NCBI GenBank assembly: GCA_013265495.1
Contig: MU058009.1
Span: forward strand, 436,001 to 500,000
From: Vicugna vicugna
Lineage: Eukaryota
Reading direction: 5' to 3'
DNA: 64,000 nucleotides
The notes beneath the pieces were generated by a model. The model saw nothing but the letters and a program-made list of their open reading frames with translations. It did not search any database and was not told the origin of the DNA. The first letter of the stretch is position 1; every line of letters starts with the position of its first letter. A program made the position numbers and the translations under genes. Of this stretch, positions 36,671-49,765 are shown one piece after another.

Positions 36671-37160
36671 AAAACAAAAACACCAAACAAAATGAATGAC
36701 TGTCATTAAGCCAAAATATTTCATAACTGATAACCCCTATAGGAGATGACAGAAAGCTTTAAGACAGACTAACTCTGAAATGATGAAGAGTTGAATTAAT
36801 GAGGACCAAGGAAAAGGAAGAACGGATAAGGAAGGAGTGGGAGTCTGCCTGAGTTTGCAGAAATGTGGAAGTTGGTTATGGCACTTGGCCAAGGCAAGGC
36901 TGGAGACCCTCGCCGGGCAGATAGGAGGCTTGGCAGATGTTCCGAACAGGAAGGGGGAAACCAAGCAGATGTCCGCCTCTGGTAAGGGACCACGGATTGA
37001 GACGGCGCACTGTATGCTTCTTAGCTGATAGCAAGAAGCACGGGGCCACTGGAGGCAACAGGTTTTTTTTTTTTTTTTTTTCCTGCAATGGCCAGCCAGG
37101 AGTTGAACTGCACCTGGAACTGGGCTCAGATATGAAAACTGGATTTCATACATACACATA

Positions 37161-37432
37161 CAGTCAGCCCTCTATATCTGCCGGTTCTGTTTCTGTGGAT
37201 TCAACCAATTAAGGATTGAAAACATTAAAAATTTTTTTCCAGAAAGTCCCCCAAAGCAAAACTTGAATTTGGTATTGTAAGTAATCTGAAGATGATTTAA
37301 AGTGTACGGGAGGATGTATGTAGATCAGATGCAAATACTACACCATCTTACATAAGAAACTTGAGCATCCATGGAGTTTGGTATCTGTGGGGGTTCTAGA
37401 ACCAATCCCCTGTGGACACCAAGGGATGACTG
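37161..37432. mobile_element. MER2-type (Tigger-derived) non-autonomous DNA transposon
   Basis: TIRs cagtcagccctctatatc and gacaccaagggatgactg, flanked by TA on both sides; internal gatgatttaaagtgtacgggaggatgt...tgcaaatactacacc. Confidence 0.92.
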
Positions 37433-37999
37433 TATTTTCCAAATCCTCCTGTGGCGTCTGTACTTTTAAGCCAAGTGGAAGTCTGAATGGATGGGGTTTG
37501 GTCAGTAAAGGGGCAGAGGGAGTAAATTATCTGATCCACGGAATCCAAGCAGTTCATAGTTAAGATCTATGATCCTGCAGTGGAAAGTCTCTCTCTCTTT
37601 CACTTGCCTCCCTCCTCAACTTCCCAGATACACCTACTGCACACGGGGTCCACCCCAGAAAGATGAAGTAAACTACATTGGGAGCTAAAATAATTTCAGC
37701 ATCATTTGACTTAGATGAAAGCAACTTGGGTTGTTTGAAAAATTATCCCAATTTATCAATTTACTTGGCTAGCATAACTTGTGAATGAGCAAGTAGAACT
37801 TTGAACAGGGAGAAATTGGTTGAACTGTCGCTAAAATATCTGTGAGCTCAGGATGGTGTTCAGAAATACCGAGGTGACAGAAACAGCATCACATAAAGGA
37901 AGTGACATACAACAATATGTGATAACAGAGACCTTAGACTCACATTTTTTTATGCATGAGAAGGCAGAATATTAATATAGTTGGTGCTAAACAGTTACA

Positions 38000-38145
38000 G
38001 TGTCAAGGCTGGACTTCTCCTTGGAGATCTAGTCCACACTTCTCATTTCACAGATGACTCAGAGGCGACTTGTCCATCATCTTGGAGCTGGGATTAAAAC
38101 CTGGATGCCCTTGGCTTGCAACTCAGTGCTTTTCTACTCCACACG
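38000..38145 (-). mobile_element. MIR/MIR3 fragment
   Basis: ccttggagatctagtcca...ctcatttcacagatga...ggagctgggattaaaacctgg. Confidence 0.65.
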
Positions 38146-38439
38146 TGACCTTTCACTCGTAGGGAGAGAGATGGGTAGGCATGTGGATGGGAGATAGATG
38201 GATAAATACATAGTCTCTAGGTAGTGTTAGTTTTTAGATACAATTACTCTATTTTCAGATTGAATATCCCACAGGTACATCAAAAACTCCCCGTAGGACA
38301 TTTAAACTTTACTGCAGAGTCAAAAGTGTGGAGAGTTAAAAGTCCCCTGCAGCTATTAAAACACTGTGTAGTGGGAAGAGTTGTTACAGGTAACTAATGG
38401 GGTTTCACCACCTCCCGCCCCCATTATATACAGACGCTG

Positions 38440-38508
38440 ATATATAAATGTGTATATATAGTATATGTGTATATATATATATGTATATGTATACAATATA
38501 CACATATG
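38440..38508. repeat. Degenerate (TA)n/(TATG)n tract
   Basis: Read directly. Confidence 0.85.
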
Positions 38509-41099
38509 CTGTAGCATTTTTAAGCAAAGTGTCCAGTATTTTTATTTCTGGGGGAGGGAGCAACTGCTGACTGCTTTTTTCCCCCTAACTGCATTAAAAC
38601 TTTCTTTTGTAAGGAAAACGAGAGGAAAAAAAATCAATAGAGCGTGAAAGGACATGAAAAATGCATTTTAACCCATATATATTTTTTCTAACAGTGCAAT
38701 TTTTTAAAGCTTTCTGAAAAAAAAAAAGAATCAATGTTACTCTCAAGGAAAAATGCAACACATCCCTGAATTTAGGAGCAAAGGTGTGCGCGTGTGCACG
38801 TGCACCCCCCGCCCCCGCCAAGGATAATGAAGATCTAAAGATCTAGCCTAGTAGTTTGAGGCACGGGTGAAAAATGGCCTGAAGCCTTGGCCGCCCCTGG
38901 ATTAGCAGGTCAAAGGGTGCGTTAAAAGTGATGGGGAACAAATTCTGGTTTTGGATAGTTCAGCATATATCCATATTAAATGTCCCAGCTCGGTGAAATT
39001 ACTCCCAAGGGACCGGCTGTTCTCTTGTGGGTACTCACCACACTTTTTTCTTCTGCAAAAGGGAACAGTAGAGCAAAGAGTAAGAGACATCCTGCATAGG
39101 GCTCAGGTGGAATGCAAAGGGGGAGAAGAGAGTGGGTTGGACGCAATGCTGGAGACGATCTCTCCTGTCAGTGTATCTTTCTTTCTTGCAGCTAAGCAAT
39201 CGTTGTCAATTACAGGACATTACTCTGCAGGCCAATTGGCAATTACAGCGGCATCTTTCTTCTCATCGCTGACAGCAAACGCAGGAAATATTCTGAGACT
39301 GGCTAAACGTAAAGTGGGAAAGGGGAGCCCGTTTCAGAGGTATCATAGAGGGAACCTGTAACCAGGATGCAGATGCTATATGCAGCTGTTATGCAAACAC
39401 GCTCCTGCTCTAAGAGCTGACTTGTTTATTTAGACTGGTGCTAAAGCCGAGTTAATGCCAGTTTCCAGGGAGGATTAATAGACACTAACGTGGAATTATC
39501 GAACCGTTATACACATCTGGAAATGTGTGTTTTAACGGTTTCTTTTTTGTGGCTGCCAGCTGCACTGGAGAAGCAGCTGATAAAGTTGCCATTGCTTTTT
39601 AGGGTTAGCTGAATAGGTGTCATGCTGTTGGGATGACGGGAGTCCCTTCTGATCAAGACCACGGCCCTCGCCCGCTTCTGATCATTTCCCTGCTCCTCTT
39701 TATCTTTGTCTAGAAGTCAGTTTCCCACTTTCCTTTCCAAGATCAGGCTGCAAACTCCTCCATTTCTCCCCGGTTCTCTCACGGCTGCACCACGTTCCAT
39801 GCAGCTGTGAGTTATCCCAAAAGAATGGAGAAACAGCCAGAGAATCAAAATCCTCTGGATTTCACCTGGATCTTTGTGGTTTGGTCACTTACCCTTGGCA
39901 CAGTACCGAGTGGGTCATCTGAGAGAATAATCCTTTGGCAAAGCGACCACTTAGATTCATGGTAAAGGTCATCTCAAGGACTCAAAAGCTTCTGACTCAG
40001 GAGCTTCTATCTCCAGATATCTCCATGTCCCTTCCTGGGTGACTGGCCCACTTTTGAGCTTCCATCTCAAAATCAGCCCCACTTTCCATCTCAGTGTTCA
40101 AGGAGGAAGCCATGGTATTTATTGGTAGGTGTTGTGCCTATGGAGAACCCTTGGGGTGGGAAGCTAAAGGTCTGGGCTGTTGTGACAGTGATCTGGCCCA
40201 CCCTCTCCGCCCCATCACCTCCCCGTGCCTATCCTTCCTCAAGTGGAGGCTAATCCAGATGTTCCGATGATCAGCAAGCATCCTAGAAACGCTTTACCTA
40301 TTTGATCTCGGCTGCAGCTTTAAGGATTTGCTCCTCAGTAATTACAAAGCACGTGACAATCAAAGTGCCTGGCCGACATCAGCCATAAAAGCAAGGTATG
40401 TTTGGAGATGCTATTGGGGGCTTTCAAGTGCTATCTGCTTCAACCCACAAACCCCCACCTTTTGCTCCCTAGACATTCCAGCTGCTCAGACAGATCCCAC
40501 TGAGTGAACATCAGTCAAACCGTCCCTTTGTCTCCACTTCACGAGTGCCCTGCAATCATTCGTGCTTTCCTCCAGAATATACTTCTTTCAGTGCCATATC
40601 AGAAGAGCTCTTTAAACGCTAACAAGAACCAATATTTTAGATTCTACTGCTCGGCGCCTCAGCTCAAGTCACTTTATTGTAAAATTAGATGTCATTGTGA
40701 AAAGCATGGATATAAATATAAGAGCAAAAGGCCCTTTTCTTAATGCGGAAACCAAGGTAACAATATCCCATTTTTCCTTGTCGTCAAAAAGTTCTTTTTT
40801 TTTTTGGATAGCTCAGCCAATATAATGTGCTGCATATTTACACTTGGCATTAAATAACTATTATGCAAAAGTACTCCACAGTCATATCTAAGTATATTTA
40901 TGGAAAGCTAAATTATATTGCCAAGTTTATTTTAGACCAAGGAAGCCCCTGGGAAGGGATCTTGTGTATTTTAAAGAGTAAATGTAAACTATTAAGTGGA
41001 GAGAGCCTTTGTGGACCGTAACACATTCTACCTAGGTAAATCACAGAGCAATTACACAGTAAACTTTTCTTTGATGAAGCACTGAAGTGATGACATGTA

Positions 41100-41460
41100 A
41101 TTACTTTTCCAGTGCTGCACCGTGTGTTTATCAAAATGTTAATGCAGGCATAATAACAGGCTGTATGTTTGCGCCGAGAATGTCAGAGCCATCCAGCTGT
41201 CAATCACATCTGAAAATAAAATCGCAAATAAGCAGGCAGCTTGAGAACAGGAGTGACAGCCAATACTCACTTGGCTGACAAGTGCTTTGCTCCTCCACCA
41301 ATCACAGCGTCAGTGTAATGCGCCTAATGGGAGTGTCTCCTGTACCAGCCGGCATGGAATCGAGGCACCGAGGGGCAGAACTCTGTGTGCCGATGCCTCT
41401 CCCTTCTCCTTGAGTCCTGCTGATGGCGCCATTCTCAGGTGCCAGCTAGTCGCATTTCTT
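41100..41460. promoter_or_regulatory. Candidate conserved non-coding enhancer
   Basis: Repeat-free. Exact PBX-MEIS/PREP decamer CTGTCAATCA at 41197-41206, further TGACAG/TGACA sites, CCAAT and E-boxes. Conservation is not verifiable here. Confidence 0.4.
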
Positions 41461-43329
41461 TTCTCCACGCTCCTCCAGAGCCATGCCCTTGTCAGAGGCT
41501 GCTGAGCCCACAAACAGGCTGGCATCACAAACACTCAGTTCAGACCTGGCTTCCTGGCCAAGGAGCCTGGTTCGGTAATTTCAGAATCAGCCCTACTGTG
41601 CTCTCCTCGGTCATGGTCACCAAGACACAAGGGCCTAGGCTAGGACCTGTCTCAGCAAGTGGCTGAGCTGGCTTTCCTTAAAGCTTTTAACGCAACTTAA
41701 AAAAAGAAAAAAGGTGCCTGGTTTTGAAAAACCAGCGTCAAAACTTCTCGGGAAAATTCATTTCTACTTTGAACTAAAAGCAGGATGAGCTCAGCAAGCT
41801 TTTCTGGGGTGCAAGGGTAGATGGGGTCAGGTCGTAAAGAGGCCCCTGATTGAGGTCATTTTCCATATGATTTCTTTGTATTCTAGAACATCTGGGAAAT
41901 GAGCACTTTAGTTCTGGAAACTTGGCGCTCACCCTGACTCATGCCCTCTTGACATTCTCTGAGAACACTTTTCACCGAAGGGTGCTTTCAAATGTATCTA
42001 AGAATTGCCCACCACTTGTTCAAGTGTGAGCAGGTGCATACATCACGGTCTCATTTAGATCAGGAGCTCTAGACCCCCTTTTCCGCAGGGGCCACCATTT
42101 AGAATTTCATCCTGCTTGTGCACAGTGGGGGAGGCTTGGTGGGAATACATCTAACTCTGTAGTTACAGTGTCCATGTCCCTGGTTAACCACCCTCACAAC
42201 ACAAAGCTTCCCTTGTGTATTTGCCTCTTGCTGTTCTGAAATGCTGGGCTGGCTTGTCCACCCTGCCCTTTGTGTGAGTGTGCAGTTGTGATCAGGAGAA
42301 GCACTCTGGGTCTCAGTGCGACGAGAAACTGGGGAGGGAGGCATCCCAGCTGACAGTGGAATGAAGGCAGAAACCGTGTCCCTCAACTCTCTGCTCATCA
42401 GCAATCCTGTTTCCATTATTTTTCATACTTTCTGCTGATGCCAACAGATGTTGCAGTGGCAGAAGCCAATCCTGGACATTCTTGATTGTCTGAAGTGCAG
42501 CAAACAGCTGATTTTGCCCCTCTTCTGTGACTCCCTGAAAACTTTCGGTCACATACTTGGACTGACTAATGGGTGCATTTTGAGTGGCAGCTTTCCAATT
42601 CTGCAGAAACTTTAAAAGTCACTCAAACAAAGAAAGCTTTAGAGTTCCTGGGTTCAGGGTCCGTGGATGCAGAGAACTTCACCTCCCTGGATAGGATGTG
42701 TGGACATTTAATGAGTAGAGAGGTTTTTTTCCCCAAGATACTTACAATTGTTTAATGAATGTTCCACACACACCCTTCACTGGGCTACAGGTGAATTTCA
42801 TAATGACAGAAGCTGATGGACCACTCACCCAAACCACCACCTCGATGACTTGCAGGTTCCAGAAATCCGGGTACCAACCAGAAAGACTCCGTAGGGAAGA
42901 GCATGATCTCTTAGCCAAAGAGGTTCTCTGGGGTTGTTACTCTCCTCTTCCTCCTCCCCGTAGGGAGGAAGAGCTGAGAGTTTAGACAGACCCTGAGGTC
43001 TGCCTGCGGAACCCATCTGCTAGCACCCCAACTGCCATGGATACACATGCTTCCCATTAGAGCAAGTATCATGTTAGTTAAAAGTAGTGAATCTCCTCCT
43101 GTTGAAGTAGAAGTCCTTAAGGTTTGTTACTTTAATTTTACTTCCCTTCCGAAAAGGGATTGAGTCAGATACTGAATCTGGGACCTCACTTCTTGGCAGG
43201 TAAGGAGGAGACAGGAGAATCATCACGTGCTGTAAAGGGTCCTTGAGAAGCCAGCGACATTTAAGAGGAGAGCGAGGCAACTTGGAAAGGCAAAACAGGC
43301 CACGAGGGGTGGTGAGAGATACCTTCAGA

Positions 43330-43805
43330 CAGCGCAGCATTTGAAGCCCTTTGCAGCCTGTTCCCAGCAAGTGCCCCTCCTCTCACTGCCTGGCACTGCC
43401 TGCCGCTGCACCCCCGTTTTCCTGTTTCCTGTGCGCATGTGACTTGGCACTAGTCCTGAAGTGCACGGTCCCTATCACAGTTTCCATGACGCTGCTCATG
43501 CTGACACCCCTGCTTGGAATGACATTTACTCAATTTCTGCACCTGGAAAAAAATTCCAACACCCTCTTTAAGTTTCATAAAGGGTACTTTTTCAGTGTTG
43601 AAGACTGCATTGCTCTCACCTTGGGGCTCTCACACTCCCCTGTTTTAGCACTCACCTCCCTTCATACAGTTTTCCTTCTCCCATATCACACTGTGAAAAT
43701 CTCATGGACAAGCCTTTGGCCCAAAACTTAGGCCTGGAACTCCAGAGCCAAACACAAGTTGGCGTATGGATGCATAAAGAGTGCTCAAAAATACTTGTTG
43801 ATTTG
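43330..43805 (+). mobile_element. L2 LINE fragment
   Basis: tttccatgacgctgctcatgctg...cctgcttggaatg...cataaagagtgctcaaaaatacttgttga. Confidence 0.7.
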
Positions 43806-43899
43806 AACTTCTGATCCAGTATTAGAAAGCATGTATAAAAGGAGGGCTGTTATATATTTATTCAGAGTTGACACCATAACGGAGAGGTGAAGATGGAGG

Positions 43900-44075
43900 C
43901 TTAAATCAGTACAAAGAACTCTCTCATCATTAGGGCAGCTTCGATGGAAGTCTCTTGAAGTCGTGAGCTCCCTATCTCTGCAAATATTGAAGTGGAGGAT
44001 GCGTGGTCTCCTTGGGAGATGGCACAAATGGCCTCAGTGGGCCTTATGATTCATGGTCAGCCTTAGGATTCTAAG
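43900..44075 (+). mobile_element. L3/CR1-like 3' end fragment
   Basis: aagaactctctcatcattagggcag...gtgagctccctatctctgcaaatattgaagtggagg...ggattctaag. Confidence 0.55.
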
Positions 44076-44134
44076 AAGCATTAGGCCTATAGAACAAATT
44101 GTTCCTGTCTACTAGTTACAAAAAGTTCTCTAGT

Positions 44135-44315
44135 ATCACCTGGTTCTCCGCATGCATAAGACTCACTTGTGAAGCTTGTGAAAATCCTGGGCTCCAGTCC
44201 CAGAAACCCTGTTAGTCATGTGGAGGCAGTCACTGGGAATCTGCATTCTAACAGTCACCACAGATAACTTTGTTGGAAGTAGGTCCAGGACCACCATTGG
44301 AGAAACACCGTTCTA
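44135..44315. mobile_element. MER5-type hAT-Charlie element
   Basis: tggttctc...gcataagactcacttgtgaagcttgtgaaaa...gggaatctgcattctaaca...ggaccaccattggagaaacac. Confidence 0.75.
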
Positions 44316-47300
44316 GAGTGTGCCAATCAGTGGACCCTAAACCTCGTTATTCAACAAATGCATCTTTCTATCGACATGACGTTAACCCAAGGTTCAGGTA
44401 GCTCCCAATACACGAGCGTATAAAAGTTTACAATTTGGGCTCAAAGTCTAACCCCAGAGAGACGTGTAAGTCGACAAAGCCAGGTTGTCAGGGCTCAGAG
44501 AAAATGTGCTTGGAGACTCTGAGGAAGGCTGGGCAGGTGGATAACAGACACTCGCAGAAAACCGACTCGGATCCCACTTCTCTAAAGGCAAACACAGCAC
44601 AGCGCGCTACGGGGGGGAATAACAAATGATCACACAAGGAGGATCGCGACCCAGGAAACTCATTAATTGATCAGTTAGATGACAGAGTTTGAGGCATATT
44701 CTCGGAGAAAGGAGACCAGGAGATTTGCCAAGGTTGCAGGAGAGCTCAAAGGCAGTGATGTCACCTCTCCGCAGAGGCTAACGAACTGGAAAAGCTCATC
44801 TAGGAAGCACGACAAGTGTGTCTCAGCGCAGAGGTGGAGCGGTCGGTAGACATGGGAAACACAACCAGCGGTTGCTTGGCAATGGGGTTTCTTCGAATCA
44901 GACAGCCAACACAACATCATTCGGAGTTGATAATTTAACCCAGCCATTTGTGAATAAACGCTGGGCAAAGGAGGCAAAAGTTTAAGAGGCTAGGATAGTG
45001 TATTTAAATACAAACCCTTCCATGGATTTAGTGTTAATACAGAGGCCCTCCATTCAGCTTGGGCAGTGGGAGGGAACCGGGCTATTTCAGACTGTTATGG
45101 CTGTGAATATGGGAGAAGAATCTGATGCCAATGGATGACCATGGGTCTTCCTTCATGGACAACAATCACTTCATTTTTACACTTCAGCAATGAGAAAAGT
45201 CACAAATACAGAGGTGTGTCAAGTCTGAGAAGATTCACATTCAGGCTACCTGGATCCCACAGTAGGAATACCATGGGAAAAATAAGGGATCTCAGTGTGG
45301 TGATACGGTCTGCAACGCCCACGTTGTTTCATTCTTAGCACAGGCTTCCTGGAGAAAGGATGGAGACAGGAAAATCTAGTGTGTTCCCCAAATGGATGTT
45401 CTGAGAAATTTTCAGGCATATTCTTATCAAATGCATTGAATTTCTTAGAAAAGACAGCTCGAGAACAGATCATCCTAGACGCCCAGCATCCCTTAGATCT
45501 TGTTAGGTTTTGTTTGTGTTGTTTGTGAAAGCCAGCTATCCTGTTCGCCGCCACCACCATCACTGCCAACACCAGCATCCTGAGCATCATCCAACATTCT
45601 TCTCTCAACGGGGGGAAAGCCAGAAATACTGAATCTGCATTATTATTTCATTGCAGGCACTTCTTCCATGGGAGTCCCTTCTTTTCTGAATAAGGTGGGT
45701 ATCAGTTAGACGGAGCACAGAGCAGAGGGCAGCCAGCTGGCTCGAGACCTGTCTCAGGTTGGATGCCTTGGGCACGCCCCACTGTGCTCATCCTAGGGTG
45801 CTTGGGGCTCGAAAAACAAGTTTTGCTTTTCTATTGGGCAACAAATATTTTAACTAAAAAATTATAAGGCTCCCAGGGTAAGCATGATTTCACCTCTGTC
45901 TGAATTCACTGATTATGGGTCATCGAAGCTAATCAGTAACATAAGGAATGGGAATAATGAGTGGTTTCTTCTCTTGCCCGTGCAATCAGTTTCTCACCTG
46001 AGCTCTGCGCCCTCTCCTCTCTCAGCCCGTGCTCTTCTGCTCATCCCTGCGGGAGCTCCTGCCTCCCCCTACCCCCGCCTTTCCTCTTCACTCAAGAGAT
46101 GCCCTTTGACATATCTTGACCCCATCCTGCTCCTCCCCATCTTCAGGAAGATGCTAAGTGGTTTTGACCCATTAATAGCATCCAGATGGTGGTACAAGCT
46201 GGATGCAGAAGATTCAGAGGTGTGATGATGTTTGGATACAACTGTGAAACACCCGGATCCTAAGCGTGGCTCCCTCCCTGCCACCCAAGTCCTCATTAAT
46301 ATCCATTTTCAGCAGTCCCTTTCTTCCCCTTCACACTCACCCCTGAGGTCAAGTCCACGTACCGCCTTCACTGGTGTTGCCTCAGCCATCGCTTTATCAC
46401 CTACCGGAGCCAAGAAAACTGTCTTGTTCATCAGACAAGAAGTGAGCCTTACTTTTTTTCACTAAAGACAAACTTTTTTCTCAGACCAAAGGTCTTTTGC
46501 CTGAAAACACAGCCATGTTGCAGTGCTACATTCCAAACAGGTGTTGGATAATTCAGTAGTTAGCATGCACAGCTCACTCTGTGCAGCTCTGTTGATCTCT
46601 CAATTATAGTTAGTGGGTCCTCTGAAGTTTGCAATAGTTAATTAGAGCATTATTGAACAGTTGGGCTGGAGAGCCGAGCTCTGCCATCAGTCGACAGCTT
46701 GGTCCCACACGCCGAGCACTGGACGGGCCCTCGGCTGGGGAACGCCAGTCTGCCGGGTGACCGGGCGCCGCGCGGGCTTAGATTGTCTCTTGAATAACAG
46801 CTGGAGGGAAGCTTCTTGCATGAGCAGAGAATAATGGTCACATTCTTTATTCTGTCCCACCCTTGACAAGAAAATTCACATTCTAATGGTGATCCGTTTC
46901 ATAAATGTGTCCTTGGGGGGAAAAAGGAAGTCTTCGACATTCAAAAAAGAGGATAATGGTTCCAAGTGGGCTCAGGAAGTCAAAGTCTAAGGTGAACACG
47001 TGAGTTAGGCATCATTCTCCCCGGCCCCGCACTGCTTCACCTTGACTGTGGGAAAGGCAGACAGTGATGGCGGAGCACGCAGGAACCCATGCAAAGTGAG
47101 CGGGGCCCGGAATTGCAGAAGGCAATTTGGAAACGGTTGCCTCTGAATAATTGAGGTATCATGTCATCTGAAACATCTGAGTCTGACCTTCCGAAACTCC
47201 TGGTGATTGCTCAGGTTCAGTTTTGAGTGTAGCCCATGAATATTAGAGCAAGCACGCGCGGTCATCACTCTAAGACAAAAGGACAAGCATGTCTTTGTCG

Positions 47301-47677
47301 GTGGACCAGCGGGAGATGCTGCGGGGGTCGGAGGCTAAGGTGTAAGGAGCATTACTGATTACGGTCACGGTCAGCGTGCTTTCTGGGGAGGATTCTCCCA
47401 TCTGCCCAAATTTAGCTTCCATGCTGTTCTTTTGCCAAATTCATGAAGTCAAAGGGTCACTCTTTCCTCAGCAAGCGGTGAGGTGTGTTATTCTGCAACC
47501 CATCCATCCCCGCAGGGATGGAATGGGAGAGGCAGGGATCTGGGCTGGTCCACTGAGTCAGTTTTCATTTCTCAACCCCTCCTCCCCCACACCTCCTAGC
47601 ACCCCAGGGCTCCCCAGCCCTGGCTGGGAAAGTAAATGCAACAGAATGCCACACACATTTCAAATGTTTGAAATGAA

Positions 47678-48103
47678 CCGAGTGCCTTGGAGATCCTGGG
47701 GGTTCGGCTCCAGACCCCTGCAATAAAGCAAACATCGCAATAAAGCCAGCCACACGAATGTCTGTGGTTTCCCAGTGCATGTAAAAGGGACGTTTACACT
47801 ATACTGTAGTCTACTGAGTGTGCAATAGCATTACAGCTAAAAAATGTACATACCTTACTTAAAAAATACCTGACTGCTAAAAAATGCTAACCGTCAACTG
47901 AGTCTTCAGTGAGTCATAATCTTTTTGCTAGTGGAGGGTTTGAAGTATTTCAAGAATTAGCAAAATGTGACACAGATACATGAAGGGAGCAAACGCCGGG
48001 GGGAAAGCAACGCTGACAGAGTTGCTCGACGCAGGGTTGCCGCAAACCTTCAATCTGTAAAAAATGCAGCATCTGTGAAGCACAATAAAACGAGGTGTGC
48101 CTG
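47678..48103 (-). mobile_element. Internally deleted Tigger1 DNA transposon
   Basis: Both Tigger1 ends present (…gcagggttgccgcaaaccttcaat…aataaaacgaggtgtgcctg and ggagat…ggttcggctccagacc…gcaataaagc). The ends are fused near 47935-47945 with no transposase. Confidence 0.92.
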
Positions 48104-48129
48104 TGCTGGAAAGGAAACTGGTACAGCGG

Positions 48130-48530
48130 AAAGGAGGATTTCATCTCCACTCAGCCATCGTGTGACCTTACGTAGGTCACATTACTTGTCTCCATCACAT
48201 TGGAAAAGTGGGGACTGGCATAATGTCACCTGCAGAATCAGCCGACCAGAGGCGAGGTCATCCGTCTCCTGAGGGGTGGCATGAGAAGAGAGAGCGCGGG
48301 AAACAATGCGAGAAGGTAGAGAACTGGTTCTTCTCTCCACTCTGTTCAGTGGGGAACTTGGGAAAATCTTTTATCAACCTGGGCATCCATTCCTTTAACC
48401 ACAAGCAGGAATCTTAGCAGGACCCATCCTATACACCCCACAGAACCAAGGTGAGGACTAAATGTGATAATTATGTGAAAGTACTTTGGGATCTGCAAAG
48501 GGCAACATAAACACGTTTCGCACAGGCTGG
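48130..48530 (+). mobile_element. Two MIR fragments
   Basis: tgtgaccttacgtaggtcacattac...; gtgaggactaaatgtgataattatgtgaaagtactttg. Confidence 0.65.
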
Positions 48531-49189
48531 AGTGAGGCAGGTGTGCGATCAAGTGGGCTGAATTGATTGCCAGGAAGCTAGGGAGAAAATTCTGAGAGTT
48601 TGGGATGCTAATCTAGACAGCAGCCAGGAAAGCCGGCATCAGACAGTTTACAATTCAGAGCCCTCCGAGGCCTGGAAGAGGCTCTGAAGTGAGGGAGCTC
48701 CCCCACCTCGGTTCCACTTGGCTGTGCTGTGAATTTAAAGGGCTCTTACCAGATTCTTACCAGGCTCTCTACAGATCAGTCCCTGCAGCAGGCAACAGCG
48801 TGGGAGGGCACACCGAAAGTTCTAGGAATTTTGTCTTGATCACCACTTTCTCCTTCGTTAAGCATCCCGTCTAAAGGCCAGGCCAGATGCCCTGAATCCC
48901 TAGGCTTCATTATGTTTTATCCATCTGAGGCTAGGATGTGGCACCAAGGCTCTCCTGATGCCCTTCCATTCTAAGATGCTCTATTTCAGGATTCTGAGTC
49001 CCTAACAGACGTTCAGTGAATAGATAATAATTAGACTCTGTGCTGCCCATGGAGGTTTACTAAGTGTCAGTCATTTCAGTTAAACAAAGACTGAGTGGTG
49101 GTTCTGTGCTGGGCCCTGGGACAGTAGCATGGATTCCTCTTACTTCTCCGAGGCATTAAGGCTGAGGAAGGCCACTTGTGAAGTTATTA

Positions 49190-49365
49190 GTAGGTATATG
49201 CCTGGACTGTTGTTTTCTCGCGTTGATGTTCCTAACACCCTATGGGGTAAGTAGCGAAGACCTTCTCATCCCTGTTTTACAGATGAGTAAGCGAACATCC
49301 AGAGAGGTTAAGGTCAAATATCTAGTAATGCTGGAGCCGAGATTTAACTAAGGGGTGCGTGTCTG
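49190..49365 (-). mobile_element. MIR SINE
   Basis: tcatccctgttttacagatgagtaagcgaacatccagagaggttaaggtca...ggagccgagatttaa. Confidence 0.8.
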
Positions 49366-49368
49366 TCT

Positions 49369-49765
49369 TAACAGGTTTATTGCGACGTCATCAGCATACA
49401 ATGGGCTGCACGCATTTAACATGTACATTTGATCAGCTGTGCTGTGTATTCACCCATGAAGTCATCACTGCAACCAAGACAATGTTCCCATCACTCCTCC
49501 AAAGCTTTCTCACGCTCCCCTGTACTCTCTCTCTTTTGCCTCCCCCGATTCAAGCGGCTACCTGGTCCGCTCTCTGTTTCTAAAAACGAGCTTGCTTTTC
49601 TAGTGCTTTATAAATGGAATCACATACTAAGACCTCCTTTTTGGCCGGGTTCCTTTCACACAACAGAACTATTTCGAGATTCATCCACGTTATTGCACGT
49701 ACCAGTCGCTCACTCCTTTCTACTGCCGAGGTGTATTCCGCTGTGTGGACGCACCCCGATTCATT
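49369..49765 (-). mobile_element. L1MB-like 3' UTR fragment
   Basis: taacaggtttattg...ttttctagtgctttataaatggaatcacatac...ttcgagattcatccacgtt... Confidence 0.85.

Noticed and set aside
48161..48181. tgtgacct-tacgt-aggtcaca inverted repeat or nuclear receptor site
   Set aside because: Derives from the semi-palindromic MIR core, which is a common feature
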